Shown here piece by piece: positions 1-11,035 of a DNA stretch of 64,000 nucleotides. Source of the stretch: Camelus ferus (Eukaryota); NCBI RefSeq assembly GCF_009834535.1, contig NC_045697.1:23562001-23626000 (forward strand), read 5' to 3'. A program made the position numbers and the translations under genes. Positions within the stretch are counted from its first letter, which is position 1. The number at the start of each line of letters is the position of its first letter. The notes below the pieces were generated by a model. It saw only the letters and a list, made by a program, of their open reading frames with translations, was not told the DNA's origin and did not search any database.

Positions 1-100
1 GTCCACCCTCACCTCCCAGAGATTCTGAAGTCAAGACCTGGCAGTATTTTCCAAACATCTTCAGGTATTTCTCATGTGTCTCCAAGACTGAGACCCATCG
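1..100. mobile_element. MER5-like hAT-Charlie MITE fragment
   Basis: cccagagattctga...caggtatttctcatg...caagactgagaccca resembles the recalled MER5A core and terminus. Confidence 0.5.
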
Positions 101-104
101 ACTG

Positions 105-250
105 TCACTCAATGTCTGTTTCCTCATCTCTAAAAGTGGGCTGATAGTAATGGTATGTGAACCTTGGAGATGCTGTGAGAGGATATGAGTCTGAAAATAC
201 GTGGCCTAGACCTGGGCATATAGGGAGAGTTCAGTGCACATCAGCCGTTG
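105..250 (+). mobile_element. MIR SINE remnant
   Basis: tgtttcctcatctctaaaagtgggctgatagtaa is the MIR core; 3' part cctgggcatatag..ttcagt. Confidence 0.65.
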
Positions 251-2319
251 TCACGGTCACTTCCTACAGTCATTCCCTCTGTGGCCCAAGTCTTCACCAC
301 ACAGCACATCCATGGGAATAGCTCTTTCTTCAGCTTCCAGACTGCTACTCTGTCATGCAATGGTTCTTTTTCATTAACTGGTTATAGGAGGCCAGGGGTT
401 TGTTAGGTGGTGAGGTTTCCCTGCTTTCTGCTTATAGATGTAGTAAAAATGCATTTGCATCACTTTTTCTAGAGGTGTGTTCTCACAAATTATTTATGCT
501 TTTTTTCTCTCATTCCTTCCTGAATACAAACTGTTTTTCTCCTTACCCCTCCCCATCCATCAACAGGCCTTCCTTATTACCATCAGTATTCAAAATACAA
601 AATGAACAAATAAAGCAAAAAGCAAAAACCCCTAAAAATTAACAGCCAAAAAACCCCCTTATTTGGACGGTAGGTGGACCTTTAAATGTAAATATAGATA
701 CATTTTTTAAATGTTGACTATGGTTATATTATGTAATGCCACTCTTAAAACATGAAACTGTACTATGCCAAATAGTTGTAGAATCAAAATTTTGGATGAC
801 ATCATTGCATTCTCCATAGAAGTCCCTTAATAGAAAGAGTGTTCAGTGCCATCTGCCCGAAACTACCCTGTAACCCTTATTTTTGAGTCCTTGGATGATG
901 TATAACTTTGAACTTGGTCATCTGAGTAAAATGTGGATCACAGCAGTCTGCATTTTCCTGCCTGACTTTGCTTCCTGTATCGATTCACTGTTAAGAGGTT
1001 GTAACTCAGTCCCTAGATTTCTCATTACAATTTGTCATATATTATGATTCATCATCCCTTTGGCACTTGCAAATAATTTATCTTCTATTATTTTATGCTC
1101 CCTCAAATGTTCTCTAGTTAAGTCACATATGTCTACAGAGAAACTTTCTTGAGGTGAGAGACGGTGTTTTCGGATTGATGCCAGGCTAACAGAGCCAGTC
1201 ACAACGGAACCACCATTTTAGAGAGTGCACGAGGGCTATGTTTAATTTATTATTTTGTTCTTAGTTTTTTTTTTTTTTTAACAATGTCGACACATGTCCT
1301 CTCAGATGAGTAGAGGATGCCAGAATGACACAAATTAAGATGATCATAATGCTGACCAGAGCTCAGCTTGGTTCATCACCATCTTTGTTCACTTCAATCC
1401 CATGAATATGCTGAGTTATGCTCCGTTCAGAACAATGTTTAGCCATAAACATAACTGACTAATCATTTTGTCAGACAAAAGTTAAACCAAAAGTAAAATG
1501 CAAAATGAATAAAAAAGTATCAATTGAAAAAATATTTAAAAAATATAAAGCAAAAAATAAATTGTATTACATAATACACAAAGTTACCAAGGCAATCTAT
1601 GTAACGATTAAATATTTTTATTCTCTCCTGTATCTCTTATGTGTATTAGATTTATTTTATTAAATGAAGACTAGAAACTCAATACAGGAATGGACAATGG
1701 GATCACGAAGTTGGAAATCTTGGCAGAGGCATTTTTCAATACATCGAGATATGAACACTAGCACTTTGTTAAGAATTATATAAAAATATACAGTGTATTT
1801 AACTGTAATCATTATTTTCCACTCTGCCTAGGAAAAAGACAGTGCTGCAGTTTTCCAGTAATGACATCTGACAGGAGTAGCAGAATTAACTGCCTCTAGC
1901 TTCTAAAATTATGCGTTGTTGTTCCAATGTAGAAAAATCCTCAGTGTGATTAACATTTACTGTTTATACTAACAATGCTTAGCTGAGTTCCACTGAAAGC
2001 ACTAAAGCATTGCTTTAGGAGTGCTCTGTAGAAGATGTTCTTTTTTTTTTTTTTTCTTTTCTGAAAAATACTGTACTGTCTACAGTGCACTTACCTTTGA
2101 GTTTTTAAATGCAGGTTTGTTTGAGTCTAGTTTGAACTAAATGGCTTGGTGAATTGAAGTGGGAAAAAGCTGTTTCCACTTTCTAGGACATTGAAATGGT
2201 CCCATCAAATAGTTCCTAAATACATGGATCAAAAAATAAAACAAAACAAAACCAAAAAACCAATCAGTGCAGTGGCTTAGGTAAAGACTGCACAATAGGG
2301 AAAAATGAATTAACATTGG

Positions 2320-2520
2320 ACAAGCATCTTTGTGTGCCAGGCACTTAACAGCTTCTAGTTCATATAAATCTGAGGATGACTATGTAAGTTAAAGGCAAGC
2401 ATCTCTATTTTTAAAATAAGGAAAATAAAGCCCTTCCCCCCAAAATGTAAGTAGCTTGTCCATTGTCACCCAGTTGATCAATGGCCAGTTTTGAACCCAA
2501 AATTATCCTTCTGACCACAG
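2320..2520 (-). mobile_element. MIR SINE remnant
   Basis: tgtgccaggcactt...ataaggaaaataaag...agcttgtccattgtcacccag...tttgaaccca is the antisense MIR pattern. Confidence 0.6.
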
Positions 2521-2832
2521 AGACATTAACTCAGCAGTCATTCCTGTGCCAGCTTACCTGTTCCACTCTTAATAAGAGGTAAATGGTTTCCTGCTACATT
2601 TGCATTTTTAAGTTGTTTTCCAAATGACCCGAATTTGTGCAAATTCACCTAAGAAGTATCATGGGTTTTGTCTCATTCTGCTTAAAGTTTTAAATCCTAA
2701 GTTTGGAAACTCAGAATGTAAACCTCCTCTCCTTGTCTTTCCTTCCACTTATTTTGAGGCTATGACCTGAAATACAAATGCTGTTTGCTATCTTTGGAAT
2801 AATACTGTACCCAAAAGTAGTAACACAAAATT

Positions 2833-3040
2833 CCAGAATGTTCGAGTTGAAAGAGGCCTCGGAGATCAGTGGATCTGATGCTAAATTTGCATATGAGAAA
2901 ATTGGAAGCTGAGCCTCCCAGAGGGGAAATGCCTCCCTCACAGTAGGTCTCAGTCTAGTTACAGACCTAATTAGTCTAAGAACCAGAATGGAAACTCAGG
3001 TCTCCCAGCGCTTACCTTGGTGGTTTTCCCACCGCATTAT
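2833..3040 (-). mobile_element. MIR3/MIR-like SINE remnant
   Basis: agaatgttcgagttgaaagaggcctcggagatca...tttgcatatgagaaaattg...gaaactcaggtctcc. Confidence 0.5.
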
Positions 3041-3893
3041 GAGTAAACCTACAACTGAAGAGTTATTTTACGGATCTCTTCATATCCTGTACAAGTTTGA
3101 AGATCCTGCTCTATTTAATTAAGCTACAACCCTCCTTATATTAATGAACCAAATTTTACTCGTTTCTAACTTGGGAATTTAAACGGGAGTATTGAAATGG
3201 GGCCTGTATGCGCATGCGTTTCTCTATTAAAGTAACCTGGTTGTTATGGAAGTCTCACTGTTTTTACCAGGCTGAAAATTGACTGGAGTTGATTTCAACG
3301 TTATCCATCGAAGCAATATTTTCTTCAATTGATATTTAATTATTGCCACTTGACTTATCAATCTCATTGTCCCCAATTGCCCAAATTTATGTAAAACATA
3401 TTGAACTAGTAGAATGGAAAGAAGCTGTTTTCTGTTACAAAAAGGAAAATAAACCTAAAATGATTCTCTCTCTGCAGAAGCTAATTCAGGACTATGAGAA
3501 ATGACTTCATTTTTATGTCGAAACACATTCACCTACTAACACTTTTGTCCTTTCAGTGAGGAATAAATTTTTATTCATTTTCCCTACAGATACCAAATTG
3601 CTTTTGGAAAAACAAACATTCTTACTGTGCACAATTGAAAATTACTAATTTCTCACTTACATAGATTTCTTAGAACATCTGATATAGTTTTTTATTCTCT
3701 CCATGAGCAATAGCATTGTAAATTGAGCTGTTAAACTGATTCATGCTTAGACCAGCAAAAAAGGGTAGTGAGTGGCTCTGAATCTTTCATAAATGCTGCA
3801 GAAAAGATTTCAGTCTGTGCTTGCCCCAAACCCCTGCTATTTTCTGTCATAATGCATCATTACATACTGATGTTTGTTCTTGTGCAAATCAGC

Positions 3894-3917
3894 AAAAAAA
3901 AAAAAAAAAAAAAAAAA
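3894..3917 (+). repeat. poly(A) tract
   Basis: uninterrupted A run of about 24 nt, seen directly. Confidence 0.95.
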
Positions 3918-4594
3918 GGATTACTTAGTGTATGTTGGCCCCTTTCCTTGAATTAACTGTGTCACTTTTGATTTGTTACGTTATCAGACCCTATTTCAGG
4001 ATTTCTTCACATTGGCAGCTGTGGCACAAAAATACACAGTCATCCCGAGAGGCTTGCTACTTTGTCATTTGCACCCTGAACATTTTAAAATTTTTTATTC
4101 AGATAAGATCAGTTTTAAAGATTATAAAATAATGCTTGAAAGAGAAAGGAATTGATGAGGTACCCTATAATGAACCTGTTCTGTGCTGTCATCTTTTTGT
4201 AGAAAACCGGTAGGAAGTGAGGTTATTTTACAGACTCACCTATAGGACAAAACAGAAAAAACAATTAAGTATGAAATGGCCTTAATTAGTCTATAGTCTG
4301 CTAATTCTTTCCATTCTCGTTTGTTGGCTAGGTCCAGTGATCAGGTTACATTTTTGCAAATAACCTCATTAATGAAAAATTCACTGTCAACACGGACAGT
4401 TCTGACCATCAGACTCTTTCCCATAGTTGCTCAAATTTTCTATACGTAGCTGGATTCTTAATATCACCTGGGAATCCTAAATGAAGTACTCATGTACTGC
4501 TAAATGTGTTTGCCTAGTAGACTCTGGGTAAGTAGCCTAGCATTTTACTAGTTTCAATCTGGAAAAACCCAATATAATTTTCTTATTTAAATAC

Positions 4595-4720
4595 ATTTAC
4601 TTATTAAATATTTTTTGAGTTACTACTCTGATTTGGTTCTAGGATAAGCCCTGGGAATTTGAAGGAGAATGAGATATAGTTCTTTTCCTCAAAATATCCA
4701 TGGTCTTGTGGGAAGGAAAA
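4595..4720 (-). mobile_element. L2 LINE 3' remnant
   Basis: aaatattttttgagttactactctg...ctgggaat...gagatatagttcttttcctcaaa...tcttgtgggaag resembles an antisense L2 3' end. Confidence 0.45.
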
Positions 4721-6739
4721 CACGAGTAAGAGTAGAACATACAGCTCAAGGGATTAAGGAGGCTACGGAATCACAAAGACTTGAGTCTAAGTCCAGGTTC
4801 TGCTACAGACTGCCTAATGATCTGGAAAGTGTGTGTGTGTGTTTGTTTTAGGAAAGATAATGTGTTTAAAGTGCTTAGCAAAGTTGAACTTAAAAGAGAC
4901 TGGTGATGAGAAGACCAGTTAAGAGATTGATGTGAACGTCAACTACGTTACCAAATTCATGAATGAAAATGAGAACATGGACATTTTTGTGACACTGGGC
5001 ATGGAGAAAACAGGCAAAGTTTAAGTGATATCTTAGGTTGTGTAACATACATAGACTGAAACAAAGTTTTCAAATATACCAGCTGGTAATATAAGAAAGT
5101 TTAAAAGTAATGCTCGTGTTGCATATAGTAGGAACAGTATCTGTCATTCTGAGGGGTAAAATTTTGAATTTTAGAATGAAATATGTGAGGAGGTTAAAAT
5201 CAAAGAAAATAATAGTTTAGGTGCATTGATCATTTGCAAACAATAAATAAGGAAAATACTTCATGAGAAAGAGAGTCAATATTTCAATGGCTATAAGGCA
5301 GGTTTTGGAATAAGTTGGCCTGAAAACACAAGCATTTAAGGCTGTGTATACATCAACTAAGAATTGATACACAAAAACTGAAATTTATTTAACTTTATGG
5401 TCATGTCATAGTTTTAAAAATTTAAAAGTTTCATTTTTGAGATTAAAAAGCAAATGGATATGTATATTCTCATTGATCTATTGTGGAGGTATTGAAAAAA
5501 CACACAAATTTAGTATGTCAAGTAGCCTCTACTGGATTCAGGAAGTAACTGGAAGAGATAACCTTTTGAGGTCAGATCTAAGGTTCCAATACTTTAATGT
5601 CTAATAAGCAAATAATTATAAAAATTTTTTTCCTTTACCTCTATATTTCTCTCTCTCTTTCTCTAGCTTTCAATCTCACAATTTAACTCAAATTAGTTTC
5701 TTTGTATTAAGCGGAAATCAATTGTTGTCTGATTGAGGATATTATGGACAATCAATGTATGGAAAAAGAATTGCTTAATATGATTCCTAAGCAATCACCC
5801 AGTTTGCTGAAATTGTTTGTATAGGACAGTGATGTGGCCTTTCCATCTTGATCATGCAGAGGGTCTGCTGGTAGGAAATTAAAAGTGAAAAAAAAAAGCA
5901 AAAATATCAAATCATTTATGTTCTTAAAAGCTAAATAATTTCAACTTACACATCATGACAAAGTAAGGCAAGGAAATCTTTAAAAATGTGCTTTTTTTCC
6001 TCTGTAGTGTTCACAACACGAATGCATTTACAAGATGTTAAGTTATATACTCATAAAAATAGTCAGATTGAAGTAAGAAACAGCTTTCTAACATATTCGA
6101 CTCCACTTCCGGGACTAATGTCGGCACTCCCTAGGACCTTTGTGTATTAATTCAGCTATGAATGGTAGTTGGCGTGTCATCATTCAGGTGGGTTTATTGG
6201 GCCGGTGCTGACTGTGCCGGCTACACCAGGGAAATACGGGGACAATCAGTGATTTAGGAGTAGTTTTGCCTGAATAACGTTTCACAGTCCTTCCCAAAAT
6301 TATGATTCAATGCAAATATATGAATTCCTGATTAAAATGGCTTTCAACAATGTGAAATCTGCATGAAATAAAGGAGGAAGGTATTTCAGCTTTGAAAATA
6401 AAACCATTGGAGTTGCAAAATACCTGGTATGTGGTAGTACTCAATAAACGTGTGTTGAAGGAATGACTGAAGAGGTAGTTAGATGGCTAATACTAATGCA
6501 ACACTGAGACACTTGATAAAAATGTACCAGCGTGGTGGACCATACACCCAATTAGACCTAAAGCACCTACACAGTTATTGTGACACTTTACTAGTATGTG
6601 CTTATGCATCTCAAAAATATCCCAAAACACAAACAACAAAACTCATTCAATAACTTTTCCTGACCACATAAGATTCTTTTAATAGTTGACACTTACAGAT
6701 ATGTTTGTAAATCCTGATCAGGGTCACTATATGTATATA

Positions 6740-7307
6740 CTGTATTATTCTATGGCCAGTTTGGTAAAATTGGGAAGTACACATCCCAGGAATCTCTTTC
6801 TTATGTGATTTCAAGTTAGAGTGGATGAATATTTGGGAGACAGAATGAAGAAATAGGATTAGGCTCGAGAGACAGGCATATTGTCTTAGAGAGACAAAGT
6901 GGTACAGATTTTTCTAACTTGTTCCTGCTCTTGCCTGCTCTGCAGCCAACAGTCTGATTCCTGACTGACTTAAGTCACACTAACCAACAGCAGCCCAAGC
7001 CCACCCATGGATGCTTTGTTACAAAACTCAGAGAGGAGGCAGCCACACAAGCTAGAACCAATACCGCTCCACAGACTTCTATGCCAGCCACCTTTATGTT
7101 GCTACTCTAGAAGCTGGATATATTTAGCTTCAATGTCTCCCTGAAAATTTTACACACTTGTTTTCTCATTTCTCCAGTTCCTATTTTTGGATCAACCTTT
7201 CTGTGAATCTCACATCATTTGTGTAATATGTAATCCCATTAATAAATAACCTAGTCCATAATTCTTAGGGTAGTTCTCCTTTACCAATTTTATCCAGCCA
7301 AAGACAT
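6740..7307 (+). mobile_element. ERVL-class solo LTR (LTR33-like)
   Basis: acatcccaggaatctctttcttatgtgatttcaagttagagtgg near the start; AATAAA at ~7280 followed by a U5-like tail ending ...aca. Confidence 0.5.
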
Positions 7308-7379
7308 GGTATCTCCCATCCCTTATGCTCCTCTTCGGTGTTACTTACTAATCCTCTATCAAGTAGTGGGGGCTATTTC

Positions 7380-7712
7380 TCTACTCTCCTGAATCAGGGT
7401 TAGGGAGTAAGGTCTGTGACCCCCATAGAATATGGGATAAGTGATGAAGTGTTGAGAGCAAGAGATGATCAACCAACCCTGGGTTGCTCCAGGCTTCCTG
7501 CCTGGTCCCAGACATTTGAATTAGTACAGCCAATTCAAGTTTCAGATCATTCCACACCCAACTGCCACTTAATGGCAACTACATGAAATATTTGGAGAAA
7601 GAATGCTATCTGAACCCAGTCTACACAAAGACCCATTAGAGATAATAAGATATTGCCATTTTAAAATAGATACGGGATTTAATTGTTAATGCAACTTTAG
7701 ATAACAAAGGCA
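7380..7712 (+). mobile_element. MaLR (MLT1) LTR remnant
   Basis: cccagacatttgaattag...caactgccacttaatggcaactacatga...gataataaga...gcaactttagataacaaaggca resembles an MLT1 3' half. Confidence 0.5.
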
Positions 7713-8459
7713 ATTAATTACAAACACTCTCTGCTTTCCTGAAGCCCTGATTTCACCACTGCAGTTCAATGTATAAGGGATTTGGCAGTTGCTAAGTGAA
7801 GTTGAGCAAACCATTCAAAGTTCAAGAAATGATACATAAGACTTGTTTAATTTTAATAATTCCATTGTGAGTTTATTTTTATATTGTGAGGCCATTTGCT
7901 GTATGAGATTTACAAGCATTACTCAGACTGCAGTATTCCGCCTAAAACTACTTTTAAAGCCACAAATGACTGAGTCCCACTGTTCCCTCCTTATAGGAAA
8001 AATACATTTTGAAAGAGAACATGCACTGTGTACCAAAATTTTGTTATAAAATTCATTTTATATCACCACATTTTATATTACCAAATAACACACAGAAAAT
8101 GTGTTGATTTTGCTATCCCTTCTTCATGCATCTTGATTGTTGGAGAAGGTTGGAGAAATGTGTGGACTCAGAGACTTAGGCAGCAGGATTTTTGACCTTT
8201 CAGAAACTACTCAGAAGTCACTTAAAATCACTACTGACAGACAATTCAGATTTCATTGGCACTAAAGGACTTAGGGAACCTTAGTGAAGTGGTTATTGGC
8301 TGGAATTTACTTTGGTGATGTTGATTCTTGCATCACTTAGAATTCTGAATCCTTCCTCTGCTATATCTTTTTTATGTTTACAAATTAATTATTCTCTCTG
8401 AGATTTAGTACTCCCATATGTAAAATAGGTAATATAAAACCTATTTCTAGAGGGTTTTT

Positions 8460-8490
8460 TTCTTTCTTTCTTTCTTTCTTTCTTTCTTTT
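8460..8490. repeat. (TTTC)n microsatellite within a MIR remnant (~8400-8530)
   Basis: tctttctttctttc run seen directly; the flank cccatatgtaaaataggtaata is MIR core. Confidence 0.85.
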
Positions 8491-8939
8491 TATTTTTAAA
8501 GAATTCTATGCCAGTGAGTATGGTATTTGGAAAATTCGCCACGACTACTGATTCCCTTTACCTCTTAACTCCCACCATACCTCTGCCCTCCCACTTTTCT
8601 GCCTCACTTAAGCTCGTCTTTTGACCTTTTCTTAATATCTTCAATCAAGATTCTAGTCCACTAAATGCTTAATGCTGTGTCTACTTTTTTTCTGAGAATG
8701 AATATGTACTATGTCCTAAGTTTTCCTTGGCTTTGACCTTTCCTCCGACCTTTCTCCATGTAATAATTCTAGCAAACTAATACAGGGATTAATGATAATT
8801 TTTTCTGTTTAATTTCAGCCATTAATGAGCATATGAGGAAAATTTACTCCCCTTAACATATCCTCATGAACTTAAGTTATTAATATATCTGGCATTGTAA
8901 TATAACATTATGTTCCATTCGTTCATCCAGTTGCACTTG

Positions 8940-8985
8940 ATATATATGTGTATGTGTGTATATATGTGTGTATGTGTGTATGTAT
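8940..8985. repeat. compound (TA/TG)n microsatellite
   Basis: tatatatgtgtatgtgtgtatatatgtgtgtatgtgtg seen directly. Confidence 0.9.
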
Positions 8986-10149
8986 CCTTATATGCTATAG
9001 TCAGAGAAGATATATTAGTAGATATCTAAATATTGAAACAGCCTTTCTCCATTGTTTTGTACTATTCCACAGTCTATTCTACAACTGCTCTCTACTATTT
9101 TCCCCAAACCTCTTTGATACTTCTTGGAAAAAAAAAAAAGTTTGACGTAACTTCTCTTGGACACTGAATATCCAAAAAAACTCCAGATATACTCCTGAAA
9201 TACCAAAATAGGATAGATTAGATTATTGGTAAATATTCAATCCTTCCCATCTGCAGAGAAGAGTATTTTCCATGGCCTATTAATTTTGTTTTTAATCATG
9301 ATTTTCTGTTTGTTTATTTCTGCTTTGGTCTCAAAGGGAACAAAAAGAAGACATTGCTCCTGGCCCTAATTTCTGAAATCTCTGTTGCTTTAAAACACCA
9401 GTCATGCTCTCGTTCATGAATCTCCAGGTCAGTTTGGGATCAGTAAATATAGGCTGGCTCAGCAGGGGAGCTTGATTCATACTTTACTGGGCTACTTGCC
9501 ATTTATTCATAGCTTTTGTTGCTTAATATTTATCATTAATTCATATTTAAATTAATGTTATGCTTAACATGTATTACTAATTCATACACAATTTTCAATT
9601 ATAATGCTTCAAATTCACATGTATATAAAGCCATTTGATTTTTAATAGCATTCTACAAGTAGTTCATCTCATTTTGAAAGATGAAAAATTATGAATATGC
9701 TAACTTATTTAATTATTCAAAGAGCCAACAAGAAGATTTGAAAATCATTTCAAGAGATATATTTCTTTTCAAAATTACAACATACTATGTTCATATTTAG
9801 AGCCTGAAAATGAAGCCCTAGATTTGAGTTGTGTCTTGAAGAATCAGAGTGGTGGACGAATGTATAATATTGTTTTATCTAAATGCTTGGAAAACAGAGG
9901 ACATACAGAATGGTCTAATGATCTACCAAGACTAAATAGAAACATGATTTGAAGTAAAAATAGGCAATCATATGGATGTGAATACAAAATTAAAATTTCA
10001 CTAATACTGGCATCCAAAGGTAATTTTATTTTTATTGAAATTATGCACATATGTTAACTTAATATAAACTGAAATAGTACACAGTGATAGTACCATAGCA
10101 TATGAATTAAGGAGCTTATAGATTTTGATGAACAAAGCATGTTGATTTA

Positions 10150-10330
10150 ACCATTCACTTGTTCACTGTTCATCCAACACATACTGAGTGACTTCCACCC
10201 TCTTCTGGCCACTGTTCCAGGCATATGGAGTCTGTAGCAACAATCTAGCTAAGATCCCTCGCCTCATGGAGCATAGTGGAATAAAGTGAATAGATAAACT
10301 AGATAATATCAGCTACTTAAATTGCTTTGA
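10150..10330 (-). mobile_element. L2 LINE 3' remnant
   Basis: cattcacttgttcactgttcatccaacacatactgagtg...ggccactgttccaggc...cctcgcctcatggagc. Confidence 0.6.
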
Positions 10331-10552
10331 ATCATTCAGTTTTATAGGCACAAAACTGAGGAATGTGTTTCAATACTGAATCATCTTGATAACTTAAAAA
10401 GAAACAAACACTTAAATTCTATTATTTTCATTATTATGCTGGATTATGAACACATCTTGTAAGTGCAGCAATAATATCTCTGCAACATGCATTAGTTTTA
10501 CCAGTGACAGTCTATGGGTCTTGTATTTCATCTGGCAAATTTAAATATGTCC

Positions 10553-11035
10553 TTTTTTTAAAATTGAAGTATACTCATTTTACAATGTTGTGTCAATTTC
10601 TTGTGTATGGCATAATGATTCAGTCACATATACATTCATATATTTCTTTTCATATTATTTTTCATTATAAGTTGCTAAAAGATATTGAATATATTTCCCT
10701 ATATTATACAGTAGAAACATGTCGTTTATCTATTTTATATATAGCAGTTAGTGCCTGCAAATTTTGAATGCCCAATTTATTCCTTCCTACCCCTTTTCTC
10801 CGCCAGTGACCATAAGTTCGTTTTCTACATCTGTGAGTTTGTTTCTGTTTTGTGAATAAGTTAATTTGTGTCTTTTTTTTTTTTTTTAGCTTCCACATAT
10901 AAGTGATATCATATGGTATTTTCCTTCTCTTTCTGGCTTACTTCACTTAGTATGACAATTTCCTGGTCCATACACGTTGCTGCAAATGGCATTGTTTTAT
11001 TTTTTATGGTTGAGTAGTATTCCATTGTATATATA
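10553..11035 (-). mobile_element. 5'-truncated LINE-1 (3'UTR plus ORF2 tail)
   Basis: T tail, then ttgaagtata...ttccacatataagtgatatcatatggtat...gagtagtattccattgtat, the reverse complement of the ORF2 end seen at 38150-38293. Confidence 0.92.
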
